DNA of 64,000 nt, taken from the NCBI GenBank assembly GCA_030704615.1, contig CM060732.1, positions 67,270,001 through 67,334,000 of the forward strand. The letters are read 5' to 3'. Under the pieces are notes generated by a model. That model worked only from the letters and a program-made list of their open reading frames with translations. It had not been told where the DNA came from and did not search any database. Below, piece by piece: positions 48,787 through 61,400 of the stretch. Numbering within the stretch: position 1 is the first letter of the stretch; every line of letters begins with the position of its first letter. This DNA comes from Takakia lepidozioides (lineage: Eukaryota; Plantae; Bryophyta). Both the position numbers and the translations under genes were made by a program.

Positions 48787-51630
48787 ATGACTAAGAGATT
48801 TGGGCCATGCAGGATAGCGGGGTTGAGTCAGGCCCAGTTGTTTGAATCAGGCAATATTACAGCTACTTCTGAAAGTGGACCAAGAACGGGACTCAATGAG
48901 AAGTCTTCAAGTACCAGTGACGGTGTGAGTATACAATGCAAGGCAGGACAACTGAAAGAGACACTGCGCATTCTGAACCAAGAAGGCCTTTCAGCAGATT
49001 CCAATACTTACGCCTGTCTTTTGCAGGAGTGCATCAAGGTGAAAGTCGCAGCAATGGGAAAGGAGGTGCATGCCCACATTATCAAAACTGGTTTTAAGCC
49101 AGACGTATTTTTACTTAACACCCTTGTCAATATGTATGCCAAATGTGGAAGTGTGGTGGATGCACGTCTGGTGTTTGATAAAATGCTTGAACGAAATCTG
49201 TTCACATGGAATATAATGATGACAGGATATGCCAAGCATGGTTGTGCTAGGGAGGCCTTGGAGATCTATGCACAAATGATACGGGATGGTGTAACGCCCA
49301 ACAGGATCACGTTTGTTTGTGCTCTCAAGGTGTGTGCCAGCCTAACAGCCCTGGAAAAGGGTGTAGAGGTCCATGCTGACATTATCAAAACTGGAATTGG
49401 GGCGACTATTTTTCTAGAGCATACCCTCCTTGACATGTATGCCAAATGTGGGAGACCATTGCTAATGTTGAACCAACAGAGCATTTTGGTGGACTCCAGG
49501 ACATATGTATGTCTCCTGCGGGAATGCATCAAAAGTGAAAACCTCGAAATGGGAAAGCAGGTGCATAGCCACATTATCCAAAGTGGATTCAAATTAAACA
49601 TCTTTCTACTCAACACCCTTGTCAACATGTATGCCAAGTGCGGTTGCATGGCGAGTGCACAGGAAGTGTTCGACAACATGCCTGAACGAGATGTGTGTAC
49701 ATGGAATATAATGATGGCAGGATATGCCAAGCACAGGTATAGTAGGGAGGCTTTGGAGACTTATGAGCAAATGATACGGGAAGGTGTGACACCCGACAGG
49801 ATCACATTCATATGTGCTCTGAATGCATGTGCTAGCTTGGCTGTCCTGGAAAAGGGAACAAAGGTTCATGGTGACATCATCAACGCTGGAGTTGCACCCG
49901 ATGTCATTTTGGAGACTGCCCTTGTTAACATGTATGCCAAATGCGGGAACATGAAGGATGCAGGGCAAGTATTCAACAAAATGGCTGAACGAACTGTGAT
50001 ATCATGGAATGCAATGAGTGCAGGATATGCTCAAAGGGGGTGCGGCAGAGAGGTTTTTGCAATGTATGAGCAGATGATAAAGGAAGGAGTAATGCCAGAC
50101 AAGGTCACGTACATTTGTGTTCTCAAGGCGTGTGCCAGCCTGGCAATCTTGGAAAGGGGTAAAGAGGTCCATGCTTACATCGTGAAAGCTGGCATTGCGT
50201 CATATTTAAATTTGGAGAATGCCCTCGTCGACATGTATGCCAAATGCGGGAGTGCAAAGGACGCGCGCAAAGTGTTTGACAATATGGCTGAACGAGATGT
50301 GGTCTCTTGGAGTGCCATGATCGCAGGGTATGCTCAGCATGGATGTAGACGGGAGGCCCTGCAACTGTTTGAACAAATGCAACATGAAGGCTTGAAGCCA
50401 AATGTTTTCATATGGAATGCAATGATTGCAGGATATGTTCATCATGGGTGTGGTAGGGAGGCTTTGGTGATGTATGAGCAGATGATACAAGAAGGGGTGA
50501 AACCTGACAAGGTCACATTCATTTGTGTACTGAATGCGTGTGCGAGCCTGGGAGCCTTGGGAAAGGGGCAAGAGGTCCATGCTGACATCATGAGGGCTGG
50601 AATTGGGTCATACCAAAATTTGGAGACTTCCCTTGCTGACATGTACGCCAAATGTGGGAGCATGAAGGATGCACGCCAAGTGTTTGACAATATGATTGAA
50701 CGGGATATGGTCTCATGGAGTGCGATGATCGCAGGGTATGCTCAGCATGGGTACAGTATGGAAGCCCTGCATCTATTTGAGCAAATGCAACTGGAAGGCT
50801 TGAAGCCGGACAACATCACCTTTATATGCCTTCTCTCTGCATGCAGCCATGCAGGTCTAGTGGCTGAAGGCTGTCAATACTTTGATTCAATGAGTCGAAA
50901 TCATGGCCTGACTCCTACAGTGGCACATTTCGGCTGCATGGTAGATCTTCTTGCCCGCGCAGGGCGCTTGGATGAGGCAGAAGAACTCATTGACAAAATG
51001 CCAGGTGAACCAGATGTTGCGGTGTGGGGGGCCTTGCTTGGTGCCTGCAGAATTTATGCCAATGTGGAGGTAGGAGAGCGCGCAGCAAAATGTCTTCTCA
51101 AGTTAGATCCGCTGGATTCTGCAACGTATGTGCTGCTATCAAACATCTATGCTGCTGCGGGCAGGTGGACCGATACAGCGAAGGTGAGAAAAATGATGGA
51201 GTGCAGAGGTGTCACAAAGGCTCCAGGTCACAGCTTCATTGAGGTGGACAACCAGGTGCATACATTCCTTGTGGACGACCAATTGCATCCACAAATTGAG
51301 AAAATCCATGCTGAGCTTAGGATTTTATCTGGGCAGATGAAGGAGGCTGGCCATGTGCCTGACACCCGCTTTGTATTGCATGATGTGGAGGAGGAGCAAA
51401 AGAAATTTTCTCTTTGCCACCACAGTGAGAAGCTAGCCATTGCTTTTGGACTGATCAGCACGCTCCCAGGGTCACCTCTTCGTGTCATCAAGAACCTTCG
51501 GGTGTGTGGTGATTGCCACACGGCCACCAAGTTCATCTCAAAGATTGTTGGGCGAGAAATTGTCGTACGGGATGCAAACCGGTTTCACCACTTCCAATGT
51601 GGGGTTTGTTCTTGTGGTGACTACTGGTGA
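48787..51630 (+). CDS. PLS-class pentatricopeptide repeat protein with E1-E2-DYW domain (organellar C-to-U RNA-editing factor, PG-box type)
   Basis: Intact 947-aa ORF with P/L/S repeats, KAPGHSFIEV PG box, HSEKLA, CGDCH and terminal DYW. The true N-terminus may include an upstream exon. Confidence 0.96.
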   Translation: MTKRFGPCRIAGLSQAQLFESGNITATSESGPRTGLNEKSSSTSDGVSIQCKAGQLKETLRILNQEGLSADSNTYACLLQECIKVKVAAMGKEVHAHIIKTGFKPDVFLLNTLVNMYAKCGSVVDARLVFDKMLERNLFTWNIMMTGYAKHGCAREALEIYAQMIRDGVTPNRITFVCALKVCASLTALEKGVEVHADIIKTGIGATIFLEHTLLDMYAKCGRPLLMLNQQSILVDSRTYVCLLRECIKSENLEMGKQVHSHIIQSGFKLNIFLLNTLVNMYAKCGCMASAQEVFDNMPERDVCTWNIMMAGYAKHRYSREALETYEQMIREGVTPDRITFICALNACASLAVLEKGTKVHGDIINAGVAPDVILETALVNMYAKCGNMKDAGQVFNKMAERTVISWNAMSAGYAQRGCGREVFAMYEQMIKEGVMPDKVTYICVLKACASLAILERGKEVHAYIVKAGIASYLNLENALVDMYAKCGSAKDARKVFDNMAERDVVSWSAMIAGYAQHGCRREALQLFEQMQHEGLKPNVFIWNAMIAGYVHHGCGREALVMYEQMIQEGVKPDKVTFICVLNACASLGALGKGQEVHADIMRAGIGSYQNLETSLADMYAKCGSMKDARQVFDNMIERDMVSWSAMIAGYAQHGYSMEALHLFEQMQLEGLKPDNITFICLLSACSHAGLVAEGCQYFDSMSRNHGLTPTVAHFGCMVDLLARAGRLDEAEELIDKMPGEPDVAVWGALLGACRIYANVEVGERAAKCLLKLDPLDSATYVLLSNIYAAAGRWTDTAKVRKMMECRGVTKAPGHSFIEVDNQVHTFLVDDQLHPQIEKIHAELRILSGQMKEAGHVPDTRFVLHDVEEEQKKFSLCHHSEKLAIAFGLISTLPGSPLRVIKNLRVCGDCHTATKFISKIVGREIVVRDANRFHHFQCGVCSCGDYW

Positions 51631-52476
51631 GACGAGCAACATGTACAAGTGCATGCACGGCTTCAAACATGAGGTCAGACTGGTGATGATTTATCATTGC
51701 TCTTGTAAGCCAAGAGTGACATCGGAAGATATGATTCGCATCGCCGATTTTTGTACTTCACTTTCTGTTGGCATTCCCTGATGATGAGTACATTGGAAGC
51801 ATGAAGAGCTGTCAACAGATAGTAAGGAAATAGTTGTAAGGTATGGGGGTCAGGTTAGAGTGAAAATAGTGGACCATGTAAATGCAAATTTCTTCCTAAA
51901 TATGGCATTTGAACTAGAGGATGAAGTTAAAAGCAAATTCAGCAACAGCAACTGCATTTGTACCCAAGGTACCTTGCAGCCGTTATATGTTGTGTCACAT
52001 ATTGACAATGTCCTTCACATTGAAGTCAAGCCATGTTTTATTTGCACATTACAGAATTGACATGTCTACTAAGCTTATCCACACAGTAAGCTTTTCATAT
52101 GCCAAGCCATATCCTCTTCAGGTTCACACCACCTACTCCCCCTTCCTAACTCATTTCAGACCCATGGAAATATGAGTATTTGGTCTAGAGGGCTAGTGCT
52201 CTAAGAGTTGCCATCAGGTCTGCAATTACTGTTTCAGAAAACACCCGGGGGGCCTGCGTGACCACCACATCCTTTGTTGCTGATCAAACCAAGATTGCTA
52301 GCCTCTTTAAGAGGAGCTATCGCACAAGCTGTGAAGTTGATGTGAGCCTGGCTTAAAATTGTACCTCCATGGTTGTTGTCTTCGTGAGAAAACAATTCTA
52401 TACAAGAGTTGAGTCCAGTAATCCAATTTTGCACTCGTTTTGACCCTTTCCAGCCAGATTGCAGCCGTGTATCTCT

Positions 52477-55400
52477 TCACAGCCGAGCGGCTCCAGGCCT
52501 TTGCTCTACGATTTGGGCCTGAGACAACCTCCCCCACAGACACTTTTATGAATAACAGTTCACCTCAGTGACAAACAGAACTTCCAAATGGGGAGACCTA
52601 GTACTGGATGAGGGAGAATGTTCCATATGTGCCATTATGAAGCTCTGGCAGGATACTGCCTGTCCAGGTTGACTGACAATCTGAGGAGGTTACTGCAACA
52701 GCTCTTTGGGACCTCAGCTACTCTCAGCTACTCACCAAAATGAACATGGAGAGGCAGGAGAGTTGCAGGAACTTGGTTGATCCACTCAGGTCTTTAATGC
52801 TACTACTCTCCACTCTCTCTTTGGGTGAACTGCAAATAGGTCCCCACATAAGGAAAATACGTTACCAGAGGGTATTTTCCATCAACGGCACACTTCAGGG
52901 CAAAAGAAGGCTTGAAGAACTCTCCATACTGACTTGACCATTCTGAGAGTTTTGCGAAGATCCGCTCTGGTCCAATAAAATCACCCCAAAATACTACCCC
53001 GCCCCTGCAAAAGAACAATTCCACAAGTTGAGACACCATTCTCAACCTTTCAGAGCCTGACACTCCTAATATAATGTCATGTATCAATGTCAGCAACACA
53101 CTGGACTCCTACCTCAAATCCACTTTATGACGTTCTGTAAGAAACCACCTTTGACACACCAGCAGATGGCTGACTGATCTTCAATACAGTGTGCCGGTCC
53201 CAGGATTTTGAGGATGGTCAGTCACAATTAGGATCACATCTAGCCTACAGACATCACCACCTTTTTGATATCAAAGGGGTGAGAAACAGAACAACCACCC
53301 CCGCTAAAACTCTATGAACCAAAACCTCAAGGTAATCTAGACGAGGGGAGACTGACAGAGTAACCACCTTCCCAGGAAAAGAAAACCCAATAAGAGGGCG
53401 AAGAGGAAGAAGCCACAGTACAGAAGTGATAAGCCCTCAAAGCAAGAGAGAGAAGAAAGTAGAAACTTTAGAACAGCCCAAGAGGGCCATGAGGGCAGAA
53501 CTAAGATGGCCAGGGGAGACCCCAGATCAAAGAGATTAGAAAGCCGACACAACTACCTTTGTTCTCTTTCTCTCTCTTTCTTGTCCCATAAACTCGTTGA
53601 GCTTTCCTCGGACGTTATAAAGTAACATTTCATTCCTCTCTGTGACAGTTGCAAAGGAAGTTTCTTTCATTATTTCTTTCTTTGTTCTTTGCCACCCCTT
53701 CTGGGCATAAAATATTTTCTTTCTCTCTATTTTTCTTTCTTACCTGCACGAGGCACTCACCCTTAGACAATCACTCGAAAAATAGTTTTTATCTCTGGCT
53801 CTGGTTTTTGTTTCCTCTCTCCTGTTTTCATCCATTTTGTCCCATAAGCTCTATGAGCCTTCCGCTGACGTTATAAAGCACCATTTCATTTCATTTCATT
53901 TCTCTTCTCTTCTCTTCTTCTTCTATTGCCCTCTATACGTGGGAGATTCCACTGTCTATTCCGTGGAACCCAATCTCTCACTGAAGTCTTCCACTATGAG
54001 GATCAGAAATGCTTGGCAGCTTAGACAACCCCTCGAGCAATAGTTTATTTTTGGCTCTGGTTTTATTTCCTCTCGTGTTTTTTTCCATTTTGTCTCGTGA
54101 GCTCTATGAGCTTTCTGCGGACGTTATAAACTACCTTTTCATTTTATTTCAATTCTCTTCTCACATGTCTGTGTGCGAAATCACTGACATCCATGTTCCA
54201 GACGAAAGCTGTACCCTCTCCAGTCTGTACCCTCAAGGTCAGAGAAAATACCACTCTACAAGCTTAGGATGAGAGCAAATTGACCTTGCTCAACTGATTT
54301 CATAGATACTGAAGAAACTCAAACAATCTAGAGAAGAACCACTTGGTAGCTGACCATCCCAGCCCCTGGAATATTTTGAGTACCTGTATGCTGGAAAGCC
54401 CATGCCCAGGACTGATGCAATGTCCAGGTCAGCAGAGCGAACAACAACATCTTCCTGAAGTGCACGGCATGCCTCATTGACCACTGGAAAAAACACTATC
54501 TCCAGAATCTCTTGATCGGTCAATGTCACTGCCTGTAAAACCACCAGATTTAGCATAGTGTAACACCCTACCTTGGAAATGGCAAGATAGGTCCAAAGAA
54601 TTGATACTGAAAATACTGGTTGCCAGTTTCTGTAACCATCTCCGAACCGTAAAGTCACAAGTCAGAGATACAACTACAAGTCAGCAAATTTCTAACATCA
54701 AAGAACCCATCTAAAATCTAATAGGCACAGCATACTTGAAGATCATTTGCAGAAAGGTTCAACTGTCTGACAGAGAAGCTAACTTCGGGATAAATTAGGT
54801 GACCCTAAACTCCAAATTATGTCTTTATCTTCAGTATCCATAAAGCTACTTTGTAGACTGCATTCCCTGTGGCCTTGCAAATTAGTACCATCTTGCGAAC
54901 TGGCGAACTTTGGACGGCAATTGAATTACATACTCCTATCCTCAGTGGCCAGATTGAGACAATATGAAACAACTGCCTCCTTGGTTATGGCTGCTGCGTT
55001 CTCTTACTAGGTGCCCACTTACACTACAACCAGCAAGTTTTCATCACTATTCTACCTTTCGGGAAGCCCACTCCTCCAGGGTGCCGAATTTAGCCAGGTA
55101 TTGTCTTAGCAAGTGGAAGGAGTAAGTGGGTAACTCTGAGTGAATTGAAACCACGACCAACGTGGCCACATTGCCTGACTAGTTGAAAGACTACAGAAAC
55201 CTTTATGCATCTAGCTAGGCTAGATAGTTCACCTTGCCATCAGGAATGAGGTCTGCAAGCTTGCGCGACTGAGCCAAGTAGCGATCCAGCTCAGGCGCAG
55301 GCAGCTCTTTACGGGAACCTTTGTAATTGTAGAAACCCTTCCCCGTTTTCTCACCTGTACAGGATCCCAATTAATAAGTTGCTTTTTGCAGAAAAGGTGA

Positions 55401-58400
55401 AGCAAGATAACCTGTTCAAGTTTCCTTAGTTTTCCTGCCTCTTCTCTTGGTCACTTTCTACACACAACTTGCAAAGAGAAGGTGACTGCAAGTTACAGTA
55501 GAAGTGTGAATTCAAGCCTTCGCCCACTTCCCAGAAAAATGGAGCCTTGCTGTGCACTAAAACGGGTCAATTGACAACATTCATGCCAATCTGTGTTGTA
55601 ACGTGTGCCCAAAGCGACCATTGTCATAGCAAAGACCACAACTCACCGAGGCGATTGTCTTTAACCAGTAGGGGGGCGAGGGGGGAGAGGTACACTCGAT
55701 CACCGTAGGCACCTTTATAAACTCCGGATGTTAATGTAGTAAGTTGAACACCTGTCAAATCTAATAACCTGAAAGCAGAAAGGAAAAATGGAACAGTTAG
55801 GACTCCACATGTATGACATGGCACCCAAATTTCACGATCTCAGTTCACCAGGCAATTGATTGGACATCATATATGTCTAGTATGATATTCACTTGCATGC
55901 ACAAAATTGTGTAGAATCACTGATTTTGAGTTCTGTGATGTCCTGAAAGGTCAAAGGCATCTAGATAAGTTGGAAGAATATACCTGAAGGGACCCATGGG
56001 CATGCCGAAGTCCTTGACAATCGCATCAATGCGATAGGGATGGATGCCAAGGTTCACTAATAAATATGCTGCTTGAAAGTAAGGGTAAAAAACACGATTC
56101 ACTGCAAATCCCACACAGCTTCTTACAACAACTGGAACCTTCTTGATAACCTTTCCCAGCGTCAGCAGATCCAATATGGTTTGAGCTGACGTCTTCTCCG
56201 CTCGCACTATCTCCAACAATGGCATCACATGTGCAGGACTGTTTCAAAGCACATCGATGTTCAGTTGTATACCCTCCTCCTCTCCCCTTCTCTCCGGCAC
56301 ACACGTCAGGAGGGTTTTGGCTTCCAAAGTTACTATCACAAGAGGAGTGGTCAAGAGGAGCCTGTCAATGTGCTCTTGTGCGCTACCTCTAGTTATGGTA
56401 CATGTGAGGGCATGCTTAGAAAGAAATTTCAAGGAGCCCAGTATGAGTTGAAAGACAACTCCCAAGATGGTAGAACACGAAGGGCTGGGGTTGTCAGAGC
56501 TAGTTACTAACTCAAAACTAATGGGCCAAAACAAACAATATAGTTGGTGCTGATCATGTCCACATGCATCCACTGTGCATCTTCTTGTCGGCATAAGCCA
56601 TTAGCATCAAAACACCATGTTTCACTTGCAGCAGACCACGTTTTGACACACAGGTGGAGAGCAGTTTTGTAAAAAAATTTATGGTTCTTCACTTACAGAC
56701 CTGAAGAAGTGGGCCCCAATGATGCGGTCCTGGGACTTTGTATTGGCACCAATGACACCAAGATCAATACTGGAGGTGTTTGAGGCCAGCAGGCAGGTGG
56801 GCTTACAGTACTTCTCCAGATCTGAAAAAATGACTTGCTTCAATGAAATGTCCTCTATCACTGCCTGCCATGCCAGGGCCACAGAACACCAAGCATATCC
56901 ATCAGTTAGTGCATCAGGGAGAGACCAATTTACAACATAATCTCTCAAGAAATGAGAGAAATGAACCTCAATGACTATGTCGACATCACGGAAGTCTGCA
57001 TAATCCAGAGTGCCAGTCACTAGGCTGAGAGTCTTCTGCATTTTGGCTTCAGTCATCCCACCCTTGCCCATTCGGTTCTTCAAGTTTTCTGTCATTTACA
57101 CCCAATACGTAACATCAGCAGTTGAGCCAGGCAGCAACAATTTGACCACATTCTTTGCAGTCCAAGACTTTTACTGAAGACCGCACTTAGTCAAAATCAT
57201 CTGCATGGAACACTGAGCAGATAGAGCACAGTGATGCTTCACTGGTTGTAAGGAGTGTGTGTATCTCTCTCGCTGCTCTCGACTGTTCCGCCTAATCTAG
57301 GCTGGGATATATGGCCACAAGGCTACAGCAAACAACGTCCCATGAGTACATTCTCTTCGCTGCTTGACTCAATACACTTTTGGAAGTGGGTCATTACCTT
57401 TGATGCGGTGCATCCCAGCCTCTAGAAACTCTGGATTGATTTCCTTCAAATATACAGACATCCCACTGAGGATAACGGCAGTTGCAATTCCAGATCCCAT
57501 GAGTCCACCTCCTACTACTGCCACCTTTCTGATGGGGCTTGCCTTCAACCCCTGGTCCGTCACACCGGGAATCTGCTATCCAAGAATGTGGTTGTGAAGC
57601 TCTGTAATTCTAAGCCAAAGCCACAGTGCAGCTGGACATCATCTTCACACTTTGAAAAGAATAACGGCAAAGAAATCTTCTCTTTTCTCTGCAATTTATC
57701 TTGTTTTGAGAATTTTGGTATTCCAATGCGTAAGGATGAAATTAGTCATCAGGAGGCCCAGGTCCTGAAGAGAGGATGGATCTTAACAAAGTGAGAAACT
57801 GTTGACTTTGTTCACAAGTCCTAATGCTTATGTTTCTTCGTAGTTCTTAACAAATTCCTATGTCCACAAGTGCTACATCAGATTGAAGAACAAAACTTCA
57901 TCTTTACCTGGAAAGCCTTTCCATGCACTGCTTAAGTCTGAAAAAATAGACTCAGCAGGCTACTTTTGGAGGGTGTAAGACCCTCAGCCTAGAAGGCTTA
58001 AACCTAAATTGGGAACAGACCTTAAAAGCAGACCTCTGAGCAAAGAAGATGTGCATTAGTCCCTTTGCTGTGGGAGAAAGAACCAGATCTTTTGATATAT
58101 CCTCTTCCTGCAAACATGGCAAAACCGATGTCAAATTTCACGTGTAAAAATCAGCTCTTGAATTCCAGATAACCATTTTCACAACCCAAACAATCTTTGA
58201 CGAAATTGTTGTTCAGCTAGTTTGCAATCAACAGATTTGCTTGCTGAAGCATCCTACCACTTCCTGAGCTGTAAAGGAATGAATCCACACGGAAACCATA
58301 ATTTCAAGGAAAAATAGAGAGCCCCCCCACCCACCCCCCCCGTAACCTTTAGCATTCCTGTTCACGAGAAAGAAAAGATGATTTTATCTCCTTAGTAAAA

Positions 58401-61400
58401 GTAGAGGTGACCCAACCTCATGGTATATTCTTTGCTGTCTTCCCAATACTAGACAGACACATCCTCCATAGTCACTGTAAAATAAGACATCTGGATGACT
58501 GAGTCAAACCTTCAGGGTGCCAGCATGTGCCCCTTTGATGATGCCTTCTTCTACTGCATCCAAACACAGAAAGGGGTGGGGCACATTTCGATAAGTTTTC
58601 TGCACATCTGCTCTTGCTTGTTTAACCACGTTGAGGGCCTCATCTTGGGAGCCAATGCGATCTGTCAACTCAAGTGACCGTCGCCAAGGGCGCTTGCCTG
58701 AGGCTATCTCCAATGCCCACTTACGTGCTGCAGACTCCAACTCCTCGAGGGGGACAACAGCATCTATCAACCCTGCCTTGTTTGCCTCCTCGGAGGACAA
58801 CAACTTCACCATCTGCACTGCCATAAATGCCAGTATTCCATCAATGCTGGTCTCATCAGACTTCCTTTGTTTCTTTACTACTGGTATACCGTGATTGCTA
58901 TGCAAGCACTAGAACTGCCATCAGCCATATATGGCAAACATGGCATTCCTACAACTTATTGGAGACTCCATCTTAATTGTCACATATATCATGTTTATAT
59001 GAGAGAGAAGATCAAAGACATTGCCAGTGAGGACCAATGCAGCCTTGGAAAGTAAGTGAAGCCCAAGAAGGCAACCCAAGCAAGCTGCAATCACGCCGAA
59101 TGCTGGTTCAAACCAACAATCCAAGTCCTTGAAATATTCTAAAACAATTCATTAACAGAGCTAAAGACATTGCACAAAGCATGGGTGCAATCTAATGCTG
59201 AGGCAAACCACATATACAGGTCTATCTCATGAGACGGAATGTGGAATAAGGTAAGTAAAAGCACACCAGCATCATATCAAGAGCTCTACGGAGCCCGATA
59301 AGCCGAGGGAGCCGCTGTGTGCCTTCCATTACACAAACACAACACCCCCAAGTTAACAGCAGACCAAACCTACAAACCACCATTTCAAAACTTGGGAGAC
59401 CTAATAAACAAAAAATACAGAACAAAGATCAGGCATTGCATGCTATCTTTTCTCTGGGACACCAGTGATTGCCATCGTGATCTCCCGGGATTAACCTCTG
59501 ATCAAACAAGCTGTCCTAGGTTCACTCACCTAGGACAGAGTTACAATGTGGTTCTAATACATGTCACTATGAAAGCATAAAAACCAAGCATGCAAGATCT
59601 GAGAAGAGGTTCTCACCACCGAGGCCTGGAATAATGCCAAGCTGAAGCTCTGGAAGACCTAATTGTGCCTTAGGAGTAACAATGCGTGCATGGCAAGCCT
59701 GTAAGAGAAACAGAACAATAATCTTCTTTCTTCAGTCACTTTTATGGACCTTTGTACCACTTTTGACACACCAGACAAAAAGGAGAAGAGAAAGAAGACA
59801 GATTTCTACAAAATGGTCGAAATAGCAGGGTAGTTTCATAAGAATAATAAGACTAACAGGAATTGACATACGCAGAAGACATTCAGTCCTCCCTTGATTG
59901 AAGTTGAGAGGAACAGACAATGTTGTGCTCTTGGTCCGGATTGAGACAGTGCCAAACCTTTGGCCGGAGCAAGATGGCAGGGACAAGGAGGGTGCTCCAA
60001 GTGGAAGAATAGGCTGGCAAATCATGGTTTTCATTGCCCCACTAACAGAGATTCTGCATGAGACCTCTAGCTCGAAGTTTAGACAGAATATGTTTGGGAT
60101 ATGATCGCAATTTTTGGTGACATGCATCAACTGTTGGCTATATACTACTAGTTGGAGAAGATTTTCGACCAGCCAAATCAAGGAAGGCATGTCCACGTAA
60201 ATACCTCTGCTTGAGCAACAAAACAAAAACTTGACTCATCCTCTGATTAAACAGACAGTGCTGTTCACTAGAACTGGATGACACAAATAAAGGATCTCAT
60301 TTGCATGAGACCTTTAATTTAAAGTTGACTGCTGGTATAGAGTCCCATATGCAATGCCAATGCCTAACCAGGGCAAAAGGAGGATGCACATGGCAAGGCT
60401 TAGTAGACTGTGAAAGACATACATAATCTTGACTGACATAAAAGACAAGTGTCTGTTTACCATGGCTAGCTCCAAACCACCACCAAGTGCAAATGTTTCA
60501 ATTGCTGCCACAGCTGGCTTTGGGCCCCCTGTTGCAGAGATGATGAACTGTCAATACGGAGCAGTTTACCAGATACCCAACCTGACCACAGCTGATTTCC
60601 TTGCCAATGATTGCTGAAACCTTCCAGAAAGAAAACTATGCAGTAATTCCCTTTGCCCAAATTATGGGGTACCTTCAATGACCTTATTGAACAGATATGA
60701 TCCAGGTATGTAATGCTGATGTCTGCTCGCTTGGTTCCCTGCCATTGAAAATGCATGTACAAATTGGATGAAAAACCAACACAAACTCTGAACCACTAAC
60801 ACATGGCCAGAAAATCTTGATGAGCAACAACGAAGAGTTTATAGCAAGGAGCAGTTGTCTCTGCAGGATCCAACGGCACTGGAACTTCAATCAAGAAATG
60901 TGGCATTTAATTCCTGCCAAACTTGGTTAGCCATGAGTCCACACAGACACAGAATTTCATTGACACACAATACAAAGGAGAAAAAGCACATTGTGCAATT
61001 ACCAGGTTTTTGGTTTTGCAAAAATCCAATGTCTGCTCCACCAGAGAATCTCCCATTTGCTCCTGCAGTTGTGAGTTTTGGTCAAAATGCTATAACTGAA
61101 GGAAGAACCAGAGAGACATTACCATCCCGAGGAAAACCCACAATTGAAAATCTACATCTGTCCATCTGTCTCTCTCCCACAAAGACATCACAAATATCTT
61201 CATTTCTTTCTCTCTGCGGCTTGCTCTTAGTTCTTGTTTTTCCCTTTTGTGCCAGAAGCCCTTTGAGCTTTCCGCGGACCCTATAGATTGCCATTTCATT
61301 TCATTCTCTCCTTCAGTATTTCTACAGTGGTTTCTTCTTGTTCAACCTTCTCCATTAGGCCCTTGGGGTCTTTGTCGACATTATGAAGTTCCCTTTCTTT

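Noticed and set aside
49008-51536. Antisense ORFs over the PPR gene
   Set aside because: Shadows of the repetitive PPR coding frame.
52740-52937. Plus-strand ORF first taken as a LINE remnant
   Set aside because: It overlaps the antisense of MFP exon 17 (GGVVFWGD...).
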